A stretch of DNA of 64,000 bases. Source: Eledone cirrhosa. Taxonomy: Eukaryota. The stretch spans positions 109,430,001 to 109,494,000 of the forward strand of contig OZ024740.1 of the NCBI GenBank assembly GCA_964016885.1, in the 5' to 3' direction. Position 1 is the first letter of the stretch. Every line of letters begins with the position of its first letter. Under the pieces are notes generated by a model that saw only the letters and a program-made list of their open reading frames with translations, made no database searches and was not told the origin of the DNA. The position numbers and the translations under genes are program-made. Of this stretch, positions 48,965 through 61,789 are shown piece after piece.

Positions 48965-50074
48965 TGTTGTCTCTTTCTCTTAATTTCGAGTATATTTTTT
49001 TGACCGGCCACCTTCCTGGTGGCAAGTCTGTAAAAGAAAAGAAATTGTCATCCCTTGAATCGCAAGAATGTTTTGCAAATTTTGAAGGTGCCAGCTATCG
49101 CAGCCATTTGTAGACTATGAATTAGGGAGCTGCGCTTTTTGTCCGCAAATCCAAGTTCAGTCATACTTTGGTCCAAGCGGGTTGGTATATAACCCGTAGC
49201 ACCAATAATGATGGGTATGAAGCTAAAGGTGTATCTTGGATACTGGATTTGTAAACTCCTCATCAATGGTCCGTAGATGTCCTCCTTCTCCTGTATTTTT
49301 CTGACAACGTTTACATCAAGTGGGCAGCTGATCTCCACAACAGAACACGTTTTCAATGTGTGGTCCCAAACTACAATATCAGGCCGGTTGTGCTTTAATT
49401 TGGTGGCAGTTTTTATCTTCCGGTTCCACCAGTATTCCTTAGTGCCATCTGTCTCAATATATTCTTCCTCGTTTGTTGTTAATTTTGTTTTCCGAAGTGC
49501 GTTCCAGATGGTTCTAGCTATCCCATCGTGTCTCATGGGGAGGTAGTAGCGAGATGACATTCTTTCGCAGCTGGCAACAATGTGGCTTACATCCTCGATC
49601 TTTGTTTTACATAGCCTACATTTATTGTCAGCTGCTGGCCCTCCTCTTTTGTGCAGCAGATATTTGGTAGGGAGTTCTTGTTCCTGTATTGCATAGAGAT
49701 ATCCCTCAAGGTGTGATGTCATAAACTTGTCGGAACTCCATGCCAGGCTTTTTGAGTGGTTTATCCCCTCTATGGTCTGTGTTTTACGCCTCAAGTATCC
49801 ATGCACAACTTTTTCTGTAAATTGGTCAATTTTTTTATCTTCTTTGAACATTGAATAGGATCTTCCGATTTCTCTGGGTGAGAGATTTATATCAGGCTTT
49901 ATTCCATATCTCTCCTCCAGATCAGTCGCTATTCTAATGATATTTCTTTTTTCATAGTCATAAACCTGGGCAAGATGGTTGCCAACCTTTTTCCTCTGTT
50001 GAAGGTGTTGCTTCAGTGTTACTATCCGGGTCTCATATGTTGTTAATATTGATTTTAGACCCCGGCCACCTTCC
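48965..50074 (-). mobile_element. R4/Dong-like non-LTR retrotransposon, 3' part (CCHC knuckle plus restriction-like endonuclease)
   Basis: Frame open from about 50073 (EGGRGLKSI) to 49048; AIQEQ, CRLC..E..SHI..SC, RHD, RPDIVVWD..VEISCP..K..Y. Confidence 0.88.
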
Positions 50075-50131
50075 TACATACATACATACATACGTATGTA
50101 TGTATGTATGTAAGTATGTATGTATGTATGT

Positions 50132-50350
50132 ATGGCATTGCTTTATATCTGGAGATCTCTTTGCACTTGTCGTCACATGGTATCATGGGCCCTGCACTAT
50201 GTCTCAATAATTGTCACAAGTGTAGTGTTTGTACCAGAGTTTTCAAGTCGCTGGCTGGACTAAAAAGCCACTCGTTCAGCGCATCGGTAGGGGTTCTCCT
50301 ATATGGATATAAAGTAGTGGCCGTACTCGAAAACGAGTTGGCAGCCAGCA
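50132..50350 (+). mobile_element. 5'-truncated copy of the RTE-derived non-autonomous element at 50370
   Basis: Near-identical to 50760-50973; (TATG)n tail. Confidence 0.8.
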
Positions 50351-50369
50351 TGTATGTATGTATGTATGT

Positions 50370-50973
50370 GTCAAGTCACCAGTTGGTGCTATTGGTAACA
50401 TGTATCCCAGTACAACCTGTCTCATGGTCGGGTCGTTGGCGACTAAACTGGTAACCCCACCAAGGTTTCTTGGTGAGGAGGGTGGCTTTGGACATCCTGC
50501 AGGACTAAAGACAAAACCTGTCAAAAGGCAAAGGGGCTCTTAAGAGTCAATAGCCATCCAAAATCACCGGGAGAGATGACCCCTTAGCCTTTGTCAAGGC
50601 AGAATTCTAGGAGAAGGAAAACTCTGATATAACACCTGCAACCCTGATGGTATCCAATGATGTTGAATTGTTCTTCTTTTTGGTAAATATCATCTTGGTT
50701 AAGAGAGTGGGACTGGCTTTGTGCAGTGCCTTTGCTCACTATAAAAGCTTCACAGCACAGGCATTGCTTTATATCTGGAGATCTCTCTGCACTTGTCGTC
50801 ACATGGTACCATGGGCCCAGCACTGTGTCAATGATTGTCACAAGTGTAGTGTTTGTACCAGAGTTTTCAAGTCGCTGGCTGGACTAAAAAGTCACACTCG
50901 TTCAGCGCATTGGTAGGGGTTCTCCTACATGGATATAAAGTAGTGGCCGTACTCGAAAACGAGTTGGCAGCCT
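50370..50973 (+). mobile_element. About 600-bp bipartite RTE-derived non-autonomous element
   Basis: RTE-type 5' UTR motif CTAGGAGAAGGAAAACTCTGA joined to a C-terminal C2H2 remnant CSVCTRVFKSLAGLKSHTRSAH, short UTR and (TATG)n tail; 5' part has a diverged homologue at about 54130-54310 (minus). Confidence 0.65.
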
Positions 50974-51021
50974 GTATGTATGTATGTATGTATATATATG
51001 TATGTATGTGTATGTATGTAT

Positions 51022-51156
51022 GTTATCTCTTTCTCTTAATTTCGAGTATATTTTTTTGACCGGACTCCTTCCTGGTGGCAAGGTTGTAAATGAAAAGAAA
51101 TTGTCATCCCTTGAATTGCAAGAATGTTTTGCAAATTTTGAAGGTGCCAGCTATCG
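51022..51156 (-). mobile_element. 3' end of a second R4/Dong-like copy
   Basis: Near-identical to 48965-49100; abuts (TATG)n. Confidence 0.85.
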
Positions 51157-51244
51157 TGTGAGTATATATATATATCGTGTGTGTGTATATATATATATAT
51201 ATATATGTGTGTGTATATATATATATGTGTGTGTATATATATAT

Positions 51245-52010
51245 ATCATCATCATCATCATCATCATCAGGTTTAGCGTCCGTGTTCCACGCTTGCATGG
51301 GTTTGGACGGGGGTTTTCCCACTTGAGGCAAGAGTGGTTGTCTTGCTCGCATAGGACTGTCTGGCGGGTTTTCTACAGTTGGATGCCCTTCCTAACACCA
51401 ACCACATTTACAGTGTGGGGCTGGGAGGTTTTTACCGTGTTGCCTACACGGCCACATTACAGTGTGGACTGTCTGGCGGGTTTTCTACAGCTGGATGCCC
51501 TTCCTAACACCAACCACATTTACAGTGTGGGGCTGGGAGGTTTTTACCGTGTTGCCTACACGGCCACATTTACAGCGTGGACTGTGTGTTTTTTGTCGTG
51601 ACACCTACACGATCTCATTTGTTTCGGCCTGGATGTTGTGGGACCAACATAACTTTACATTGAAAGGGGCGGTGTGGGTGGGGTGGTGGGACGGGGGTGT
51701 GTTTTGATAGAGATGCCTACTGACTGTAGTAGGTTTTTACTTTGTATTTAGGTAAGGCGGGTCTTCTCTATTACTGAGTACCGCCAAAGGTCTCGGTCCA
51801 GTGACATTGTCTTGGAGAGGTGTAAGCGTGTGAGGTCGGAATTTATCAGCTCGTCCCATGTTTTTCTGGGTCTGCCTACTCCGTGGCTACCGTCTATCTT
51901 TATTGCCCTGCACTTTGTTATACAGCTGTCGTCTTTCATGCGCATCACGTGACCGTACCAACGTAGCCTTCTCTCGAGTAAACAACATCTGATCCCTCTT
52001 ATTTCTAATT
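51245..52010 (-). mobile_element. RTE LINE 3' fragment with duplicated 3' UTR
   Basis: Near-identical reverse complement of 22820-23590. Confidence 0.93.
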
Positions 52011-52060
52011 TATATATATATATGTGTATATATATATATATATATGTGTATATATATATA

Positions 52061-52107
<47 letters not shown>

Positions 52108-52158
52108 ATATATGTGTGTATATATATATATGTGTGTGTGTGTATATATATATATATA

Positions 52159-52207
<49 letters not shown>

Positions 52208-52258
52208 ATATATATATGTGTGTGTGTGTGTATATATATATATGTGTGTGTGTGTGTG

Positions 52259-52303
<45 letters not shown>

Positions 52304-52396
52304 GTGTGTGTGTGTATATATATATGTGTGTGTGTATATATATATATATATATGTGTGTGTGTATATATATATATATGTGTGTGTGTGTGTATATA

Positions 52397-52456
<60 letters not shown>
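52011..52456. repeat. (TA)n(TG)n compound microsatellite
   Basis: Directly visible. Confidence 0.95.
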
Positions 52457-52459
<3 letters not shown>

Positions 52460-53609
52460 TCAACCCATTTATATATTTATCTAAATAGTGTGTGTATCCG
52501 AGACTGTACTAACATGTATAAATATATACACATATCTAATAAGTACATACCTTCAGATGATGGTCTAATTAGATCTGAAAATTGATTAAATGTGTTTATC
52601 ATTTTCTCAATTTTCAAGGAAGTTCAGCTGTTAGCATACACTTCTTACTATATACTATTTACAACATAGAACATTAGGTAATTATCATCACCATCCTCGT
52701 GTTGCTTCCATTTCCCCTGTTAGCATGGGTTTGACATGTTGTCCTAGACTGGTTAGTACTCAAGTGGAGCCACTGAGCTCCAGCTGGACCAGGGTCCTCG
52801 CATACGACCCCATGCTCTTCTAAGTGCATTCTATCATGGCACGAACACTAGGCAAGATGTCAAGTACTTGACACAGCTGAAGAGTTCTTTCGAAAAATTT
52901 TTTTGGAAGATTTTGCACAGCTGGATGACCTTATCACCAACTACTTTACAAAGTATACTGGGTGCATTCGTCATGAAGATCAACACAAGGAAATTGTCAT
53001 ATCTGTAGGACAACTGAAGCATCTTTCTGAACTTTTGTTTGGCACAGATTATGGAACAGTACATAGTATTCTATAAAGTACATACTAGCTAGAATATTAG
53101 ATACTATCATCATCTAACGTCCATTTTTCCAGTAGTATGTACTATTCTATAGACTGAAACCTTATAGAAAGGCAAGTATTATTCCATATTGAATTGAAGC
53201 AATGTTAAATGTTTCCCTTGCTACTATTTTAATCTTGAAATATTCATCAAAGTAAGATGATCTGAGAAAACATTTGACCCTTTAGTTACCAACCTGGTTA
53301 AAACTGGCTCTGGCTCTGGTTCTATGAAATAAAACCACTAATTTTAAAGGTTTCCAATTTAAAGTAAAATCTTTCAACATAATTTTATATAAGAACCTTA
53401 CATTAAGTTACTATATTAGCAATGAAATAATTAATAATTTTAGTAAATCCCACATAATTTTTCATTAATCAATTAAAATACACTGCATTTTATTAGAAAT
53501 GCAGTCATGAAAGGGTTAAATCAATAAATAATTTATATTTCATCATGCAGTTTGCCTATAGGGGTATGGCAGTGTCTGCCTATAGGGGTATGGCAGTGTC
53601 TGTCATGGT

Positions 53610-54110
53610 TGTGGATTGGCAGTTTCGGTAGAGGGTCGGACGCCATGCTTTGCAGCAAAGAGTTACGGCCCTTTATGGTCTGAGTTTAAATCCCACCAAG
53701 GTTAACTTTGCCTTTCACCCTTACGGGGTCGATAAAATAAAGTAACAGTAATACACTGGAATAATTGCTGGCCTTGTGCCTAAAGTAGAAACAATTATTA
53801 CATTCTGATGAATTGGCAGTATCGGTAGAGAGTTGGACGCCATGCTTTCTAGCATAGTTACGTCCCTTTACGGTTTGAGTTCAAATCCCGTTGAGGTTAA
53901 CTTTGCCTTTCATCCTTGCGGGGTCGATAAAATAAAGTACCAGTAATGTACTGGGTAATTGCTGGCCTTGTGCCAAAAGTAGAAACAATTATTATATTCT
54001 GAGTTCAAATCCTGCTGAGGTTGACTTTGCCTTTCATTCTTACAGGGTTGATGAAATAAAATAGCAGTAATGTACTGGGATCGATTTGACTTTCCCCTCT
54101 CTTTCCAAAT
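53610..54110 (+). mobile_element. Tandem cluster of three SINE family A copies
   Basis: Repeated head/B-box/core at about 53610, 53810 and 53996. Confidence 0.8.
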
Positions 54111-54430
54111 TATTAAAATTGAAGTGAGCTATCCTGCAATGGGCATCAATACAGCTGGAGATTTTACAAAATTTGGATGGCTGTTGAATCTCCTGAGTTC
54201 TTCCACCTTTTTACAAGTTTTGTTTTTTCATCTCATAGGATGTCCAAAAATTACCCTCCTCACTGAGGAAGCTTAGTGGGGGTGCTGGTTTAGTTGCTGA
54301 TGACTTGACCATGTATCACTATTGAAATAACGTTTTTTAAAACATTTGTATCACTTTGAAATAAATATTTTTTAAAACTTCTTTTGAACAACAATACATC
54401 CAGTCATGAAATAACGATTGTTCATTAACT

Positions 54431-55131
54431 TTGTCAGTTCGAGTTAAACTCTATAGGCATGGAATTGCTGTTAGCCAGGCCTGTCTGAGATGTGCACAGG
54501 GTGATGAAACAGTCCTGCATGCAATTGTCCAGTGTCCAAGCATTGCTGACTTGTGAGTTCATGTTGAACACCTGCTGTCACGTGTAGGACAACTCCAGCT
54601 CTCTGCCGATTTCATTATGAAGATTATTATAGTTTAGATTGTCTCGTTGCCTTCTTTTAGTCAGGAAGGGCAGGCTGTTTTATTTGTCTTGTGGCAATGG
54701 CAAAAGAGGTTGTATGGTGACACATTTGAAAGGGTTGAAGATGAGCACTTTCCTCTTAGGTGAAGCCCTAATTAACTTCTTCAGGTTTCACTTAAAGAGG
54801 AAAATCTGGTTGAAACGTCGGTGAGAGAGGCAAGCACGGCCCAAGTAAATGGGCCCCGCTCTGAGTGTGAGCCTGTACATTGGAGAACTAGGACAGGGCA
54901 CTTACCCTAAAGATGAGGGCACCTGTGCTTTTATGAGGCCTTCCGATGAATGACCCATGAACATCTCTTTATTGAGGAATCCCCTTTATTTTAATTTTTA
55001 TTATCTTTCTTTTTTAACATTGTTAAAATTTGTTTACATTCACACCCCACACTTATTTTATCCTGTGCCGTATTAATGTTTTTCTGGATGTAAACCCCTC
55101 GTGGTTGATGAAGAAATCAATATTATTATTA
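54431..55131 (+). mobile_element. L1/Tx1-clade LINE 3' fragment (zf-RVT), degraded
   Basis: Manual translation LSVRVKLYRHGIAVSQACLRCAQGDETVLHAIVQCPSIADL*. Confidence 0.7.
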
Positions 55132-55961
55132 TACAGACATTTTCCAAATATTTTTTCCATGGAAATCTCCAAAGATATACAAAATTCTGTTTGATGGCTC
55201 AACATGAAAGGTCACAGTTGAGGCAAAAATGTTAAGTTTACATCTACTAATAAATGTAATTTGATTGAAGATTGCCTCCAGTTAGTGACTGTTTTATGGC
55301 TTTTTTTTAAATGTTATGATATAATAATGCAAGGATCACTTCTTCATCAAGAATTTATATATGATTGTGTAGTTCTTCCATAGTGCGTGCGGTCCAGGGC
55401 AAGGCAAGAAGAGTAAGTTGTGGAGAGGGAGAAGCTAGAATGTAATAAAATACAATAAACAAGATAAAACTTGTTTAAAAACAGTATACACCAATGCATT
55501 ATATATATATATCAATCAGGATAGAACCAGTTTAAAGCTAATTAGACCATTACTCAACAGAGTACTATATATATATGTATATGAATGTATACTAGTATAC
55601 TACTAGTCAAAAAGTAAAAAGATAATGTAATTTAATAATTTCTGGATTATAATATTCTGTGTAAATATGTTTGAATCCTTTTGTTACTCCAGCTATTCAT
55701 TTTATATATAAGTCAATTACAATAATTTTCTTCCATATTTTCTGTTACCATTATCAAACATATATCCATTAAATTAGGATGGGTTTGTTCTATCTATGTA
55801 TTTGTTTACCTTTGGACTGTTGTTATTATTCATGCTTTGTTGTTGTTGTTATTCATGCTTTGTTGTTGTTGTTCTTGGTAAATATACATATATAGATAGA
55901 CAGTTACAGCCAAGTGGAAGGAAGCTGCAGAAGAGGAAAACCATGGAAGATGTGTGTGTGT

Positions 55962-56192
55962 GTTGATATGGACATGAGATGCATATGAAGGATGACAGCT
56001 GTATAAAAAGGTGCAGAGCACTCAGTTGATGGGAGCCTTTGAGTGGGGAGACCCAGGAAGACTTGGAATGAAGTGATAAAAGCTGACCTTGGTCAATAGC
56101 ACCTCTCAAAGACGATGACACAGGTCCGAAATCTCTGGCATTATGCAGTAATATAGAAGACCCGCCTTCTTATGGACACAGACTGAAGCTGA
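55962..56192 (+). mobile_element. Degraded RTE subfamily 2 ORF-end fragment
   Basis: YGH..MKDDSCIKRCRAL..GRPRKTW homology. Confidence 0.75.
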
Positions 56193-56211
56193 AGCATTTT
56201 ATATATATATG

Positions 56212-56410
56212 AGTGGAGGGATTGGCAGTATTGGTAGAGGGTCGGACGCCATGCTTTGACGCATAGTTACGGCCCTTTATGATCTCAGTTCAAATCCTGC
56301 CGAAGTTAACTTTGCCTTTCATCCTTACGGGGTCGATAAAATGAAGTACCAGTCATGCACTGGGGTCGATTTAATTGACTTTCCCCTCCCCCAAAATTGT
56401 TAGCATTGTA
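56212..56410 (+). mobile_element. SINE family A
   Basis: Same head and core as 1513-1694. Confidence 0.8.
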
Positions 56411-56434
56411 AGAAAATTGTTAGCCTTGTAAGAA

Positions 56435-56472
<38 letters not shown>

Positions 56473-57379
56473 GTGTGTTTCAAAGAGATCAAAGTAAGAA
56501 AAAGCTGGAAAAGAGGATATCTGAGGAAGACAGACAGAAGTGGTGAAAGCTGATCTCAGGATGCTAAACTTCACAAAGGAGATGATAAAGGAACGCGACA
56601 AGTGGTGAGATACTTGGTTGAAGAAGACCTATTGAACCCATGCAAGCATAGAAAATCAGATGTAGAAATCATAATAATGAGCATGATGATTACACACACA
56701 CTCTCACTCACTCTCAGGTATTGATATGAGCTGTAATTATTATTCCAGTTAAGACCATTTAACCAATTCTATAAGCTATGTTAACCCCTAACTACAAATC
56801 TCTCCCTCCTCTCTGTTCCTCTCTCCCATTGATTACCATACCATCTGGAAGACAATAGAAACCATAATTTACATACCATTCCTATATTTTATGGTGGAGC
56901 CATTTGATTTCATATATGTGCCAGTGAAAATGTGTGTATATCAGACGGGTGGAGTTGGCAGGTATTTGGTAAGACAGTAGTGGTTTACTAGTGGTGGTGA
57001 GGGCTTTACTAGTGGTGGTGAGGGCTTTACTAGTGGTGGTGGGGGCCGCTTTACTAGTGGTGGTGGTGAGGTTTCCTGGATTAATCTAGTGTCTGTACAT
57101 CAAAAATTCAGGTATGACTGTGAGGTTAAGGACTTCACCTCTCAAACATTTCATTTCAGGTTCTTCCCCTCTGTATGGCACCTTCAGCAAGTTTCTTCTT
57201 CTATAGCTTCGAATTGGCAAATATCTTTATTTTTTATTTTTTATTTATTTATTTATTTTTTATTTATTTTCTTTTTTCTTTTTTCTTTTTTCTTTTTTCT
57301 TTTCCTTTTCTTCTTGAGGGGGACATGGGGACTTAGTCTTCAAACACATTTTCCAGCAGGTCCTGTCAAAAGCAACTGT

Positions 57380-58075
57380 ATCTAACCATCTTGCTTTGGG
57401 TCTACTCCTGGGTCTCCTGCTGATGCTGATTGGTTTTGCCCATAAAATCAGTCCAACAATTCATTCCTGAGGGATTTTAACCACATGCCTATAGTATCGG
57501 AGCTGTGATCTCTCAATTTGGAGAAGTAGCAGCTCTACATGGAGCAACTCTCTGATCTCCGAGCTATGCACTCTATCAAGTAACATGACTCCAAAGATCT
57601 TTTGGAGGAACCCCCATTTAAGCCACTTGCATTCAGAATCATAATCTTTCGGTCATTACCCAAGATTCATGACCATAGGTAACGGTTGGCATGAATAGCA
57701 AGTTTGGCATTTACACCTACCTCCCTTCTTCTAATTACTGAATACTGAAGCTGGTGCATTACTGCACCAGCTCTTGCAATTCTTTCACTTAATTTAACCT
57801 CCTACCTTCCATTACTCATGAACATGGCTCTGAGATACTTGAACTTCTTTACCTGTTTCAGTGGAACTCCATTCACAGCACTGATTTTCATTCCAGCCAT
57901 GCAGCACTCGGCATCAAACCTATCAAGTGCAAGTTGTAGATCATCTTCTGTTGATCTTCTGTTGAGCTAAGTACTACCATGTCATCTGCAAATTCCAGCT
58001 GACTGATTCTACACATGCCAGTTGAGATAACACTTCCAGCCTGGCTATGCATGTCAAGCCTGTAAATGAAATCTA
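57380..58075 (-). mobile_element. Old RTE-clade RT/C-terminal fragment
   Basis: Manual translation includes KFKYL, PTVTYGHESWVMT, QLRYYRHV and RPKARWLD, with stops. Confidence 0.7.
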
Positions 58076-58314
58076 TAGTTGATGGGAACTGTAAAAGCCT
58101 GGTGAATATATATATATATAGATGTGTTACTAGTTGAGACTAGTAAGGCCATGTACACATTGTATTGTGTAAGGATGGCCATGCTTGGAATGCACTTGAA
58201 AATAGATCAACTCCATGTTGTTTGACCAACTGACTTTTCTGCCAATAAGTCTGTTGTTTAATTAAGCTTGACTGATGGCCACACACAATAGCAACAGATT
58301 GTAAATTGATTAAG

Positions 58315-58575
58315 ATGGTTGTTGTTGTTGTTGCTGTTGCGGTGGAGATGGAAATGGGGTGGTGGTGGTGGTGGTGGTGGGGATGGAGTGTTGGTGGTGT
58401 TGGGGATGACAGTGTTGGTGGTGTTGGGGATGACAGTGTTGGTGGTGTTGGGGATGACAGTGGTGGTGGGGATGATGAGATGATGATGATGATGGTGGTA
58501 GAGATGGTGCTGGGATGATGATGATTTCAGTGATGTTGATTGTGGTGGTGGTGGCAATGTTGATTGTGGTGATGA
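58315..58575. repeat. (GGT/GAT)n tract with a 24-bp unit repeated three times
   Basis: GTGTTGGTGGTGTTGGGGATGACA repeats. Confidence 0.9.
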
Positions 58576-60004
58576 GTATTATGTTAGTGTTGACAGGTAA
58601 ACTACGCACGCACACACGCACGCCTACCTAGCTACCTATTTGTATCCTATATCCTTTCCAAATCAAGATACTTCCTTTCACATAACAGGAAGATGTTCCA
58701 GTTTGACATACCTCTACCTATCTGTTTCTTAATTAAAAGTTGGATGGTTTTCTTTTAATTCATTAGTCTTAATCAAAGTTTGTAAAGTCAACGCTACCAT
58801 TGACGAACTAGACAGACACTTAGGGCATAGACCTCAAAGAGATGCATTACTGAACCTTAAAGGATCAGTTTTATATTAATCTGGTAGTGGGGTTTAGAAC
58901 CTTCTAAGAAATGGAAAAAGATGAGTTTTGACGTACATGGGAGTCAAACCCACATCTTTGGTTATTCAGACCACTGTGTTACCATTAGCATGTGTTGGTG
59001 TAATGTTCTAAACCCCACTCTCAGGCTAAAATTTCTTTAGTAAAAAAAATATGGCGAAATCTTCTATTTCTAATTTTAGATATAATAATTTTCAGCAATA
59101 AATAAATAAATCACTAAGTATCTTTCATGCAGCAGTTTTGTGGCGAGGGTTGTATGGACTGTATAGTGGAAAGTGCAGGTTAGTAATTTTTTTAGTGTGG
59201 TCAGAGCAAGAAATGTAAAAAATGAGATTTGTCAGCTTGCTGAATTGTAAGATGAAATTATTATATTGGGAGAATGGGGCATATTATAGAACTAGCCTAT
59301 GGTGCTAAATACCTAGGCATAGATTGTAGAGCTAGCCAAAGGTGGTAAATACTCACGCACATTGTTGAGCTGGCTTAAGATACTAAATACCCAAGCACAT
59401 TCTAGAGCTGGCCTAAGGTGCAAAATACTCAAGCACCGACTCTCGAAAAGATTAATCTCCCCCTCTCATACTATGAAGCAATGGTCTTCAGCTTGAGTTC
59501 ATATGAACCCAAATGACTCATAAAAATATTAGAGAAAGGGATCATGAAAAAAAGGGCAAGGGGAGCAGCTGTAAGGTTTGCCAGTGAAGTTTCACAGTTC
59601 TCTATGGCATTCTACAGCATCTATTTTAATGTTATTCTATTATGAAATGTTATTCTTTTATTCATTATTCTTTTACTGGTTTCAGTCACCAGATTCCGGC
59701 CATGCTTGAAGCACTGCTGTTCTTGGTCAATCAGCAGCAGGTACTTTCATAAAAACCATTTTGTTATCTTATTTCTAAAGAAAGCCACTGTCTATGATTT
59801 TCAAATAATTAAAAAAAATAATGAAGAATTGGGAAGGATTTAGAAATATAACTAACATTTTCATTATTAAGCTAGTCTTTGGAACATAACATAATAGAGG
59901 TTCTTACATAAAATTATGAGGAAAGTATGTATCATAGAACCAAGGGCAGTTTCATGTAGTTTGGTATCAAAAGGATTGAGTCTATTTTATTTATTTCTTC
60001 TTTT

Positions 60005-60420
60005 GGCAGCAAATTGAAGGAGGTGGAAAGTCAACGAAACCAACCCTAGTACATCACTGGTCCTTTAGTTTATCGACCCTGTAAGGATGAAAGGTAAACC
60101 TAATCTCAGCGGGATTTAAACTCAGAATGTTAAGAGACGTAACTACATACTGCAAAGCATGTTGTCCAAGACTCTACCAATACTGGCAATCTAGTGCCCT
60201 CAGGTTAAGCCTTGGCTGTATTGATAGTGTCGGACACCATACTTTGTGGCATGGTTATGTCCCTTTATGTTCTGATTTCAAATCCTGCTGAGGTTAGCTT
60301 TACCTTTCATCCTTACAGGGGTCAATAAAATAAAGTACCAGTCACACGCTGGAGTCGATCAATCGACTTCCCCTCCCCCCAAATTGCTGGCCTTGTGCCT
60401 AAATCAGAAACCATTATTAA
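60005..60420. mobile_element. Head-to-head pair of SINE family A copies
   Basis: Minus copy about 60005-60195, plus copy about 60215-60420. Confidence 0.7.
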
Positions 60421-60664
60421 ACAGACCTATTGAAGTTTCAAATCAACACAAATGTGATTTTCCATTTTCATATTTGATTTGTGTGATTGCATCATTCCAA
60501 CAAATAGAGCAAGAGAGATATACTCATCTAGGCGAAATGTTCATCTAAAAATTCAGTTAACTGTTTTATATAATCCCCCCCCCCCCCCCCAATAATTTGT
60601 AATGGCAAGGTGAATTAATATTACAGAAATACCTCCCAATTTAGCATCATCATTTTTAGGAAAC

Positions 60665-60864
60665 TATGAGGGTCGGCTGAAAAGTACATTGGCTTACCAA
60701 GATACTCTCACGGAATGACGAAATGAGGTTGATTTTTCAACACAGTCCCTGGAAAGAAACAAGGCAGTTACTAATAGGAAGAGTTGAAATTAATTCATGC
60801 AATATTTCACAGCAATAGCATCATTCCTTCATAATTAGCCTATGAATTTTTCAGTCGCATTGTA
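60665..60864. mobile_element. Mariner-type MITE remnant
   Basis: TA-TGAGGGTCGGCTGAAAAGTACATTGGCT ... AGCCTATGAATTTTTCAGTCGCATTG-TA imperfect TIRs. Confidence 0.6.
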
Positions 60865-61250
60865 CATTACAATGTAATTTTCTCCAAACATGTTGAGTAT
60901 AAATAAATACTTTGGATATCACTACAATTTAATGTGTGTGTGTGTGTGTTTCCTGCTAGTGAAAGTTTATTATGATTACTTAGAAATGAAGAAAGGAACC
61001 TAATACTTTAATTATTGTATATGTACTTTCTATTGTTAATGTTTTTATTACCAAATACATTTAATTTCTGTTTGCAGTAAGATAAACATTAACTCGGAAT
61101 GATTTTCATCATACCTTCCAATTTCATGTTAATAATGAGTAGATAATATCAATCAAGATTTAGGATATCATTAACAATACATCTGCTTTGAAGAGAATGA
61201 ATATATCTCAGCCAATTCACCAGATTCATTTTGCATACTCTAATCATGTA

Positions 61251-61313
<63 letters not shown>

Positions 61314-61562
61314 ATAAATACAAAGACCAAAATCCAGAGAGGACTCAATAAGGGTTATATATATATATTATTAATAATAATAGTAGTAGTAGGTATAATT
61401 CGAAGTTGTAGTCACAGTAGACCAGATACCAATTGAATTGTTTGAGGCAATCACAAAGCACTCGTGATGGTGTGAAAAGTTAATACAATTTTGTCCAAAG
61501 TAAACACAAAGTTAAGAAAGAGTGACACCATGAATTGTAGATTTGGGAACTCTGTGTGAGTA

Positions 61563-61598
<36 letters not shown>

Positions 61599-61611
61599 AA
61601 CAAATATATAT

Positions 61612-61780
61612 ATCATCATCATCACCGTTTTACGTCCGTTCTTCCATGCTAGCACGGGTTAGACGGGTTGTCCTGTTGTGGGCAGTGTCTGGTCGGCTGG
61701 CCATGCCTTGCTCATACAAGAACTGATTTTGGCTTGATTTCTACAGCTGGATGCCCTTCCTAACACCAACCTCATTTACA
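61612..61780 (-). mobile_element. RTE subfamily 2 3' tail
   Basis: Near-identical to 36226-36382. Confidence 0.85.
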
Positions 61781-61789
61781 TACATATAA

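Noticed and set aside
50061-50074. CCGGCCACCTTCCT identical to the element's 3' UTR (about 49004-49017), suggesting a terminal repeat
   Set aside because: It encodes the conserved EGGRGL motif of the ORF; probably coincidental.
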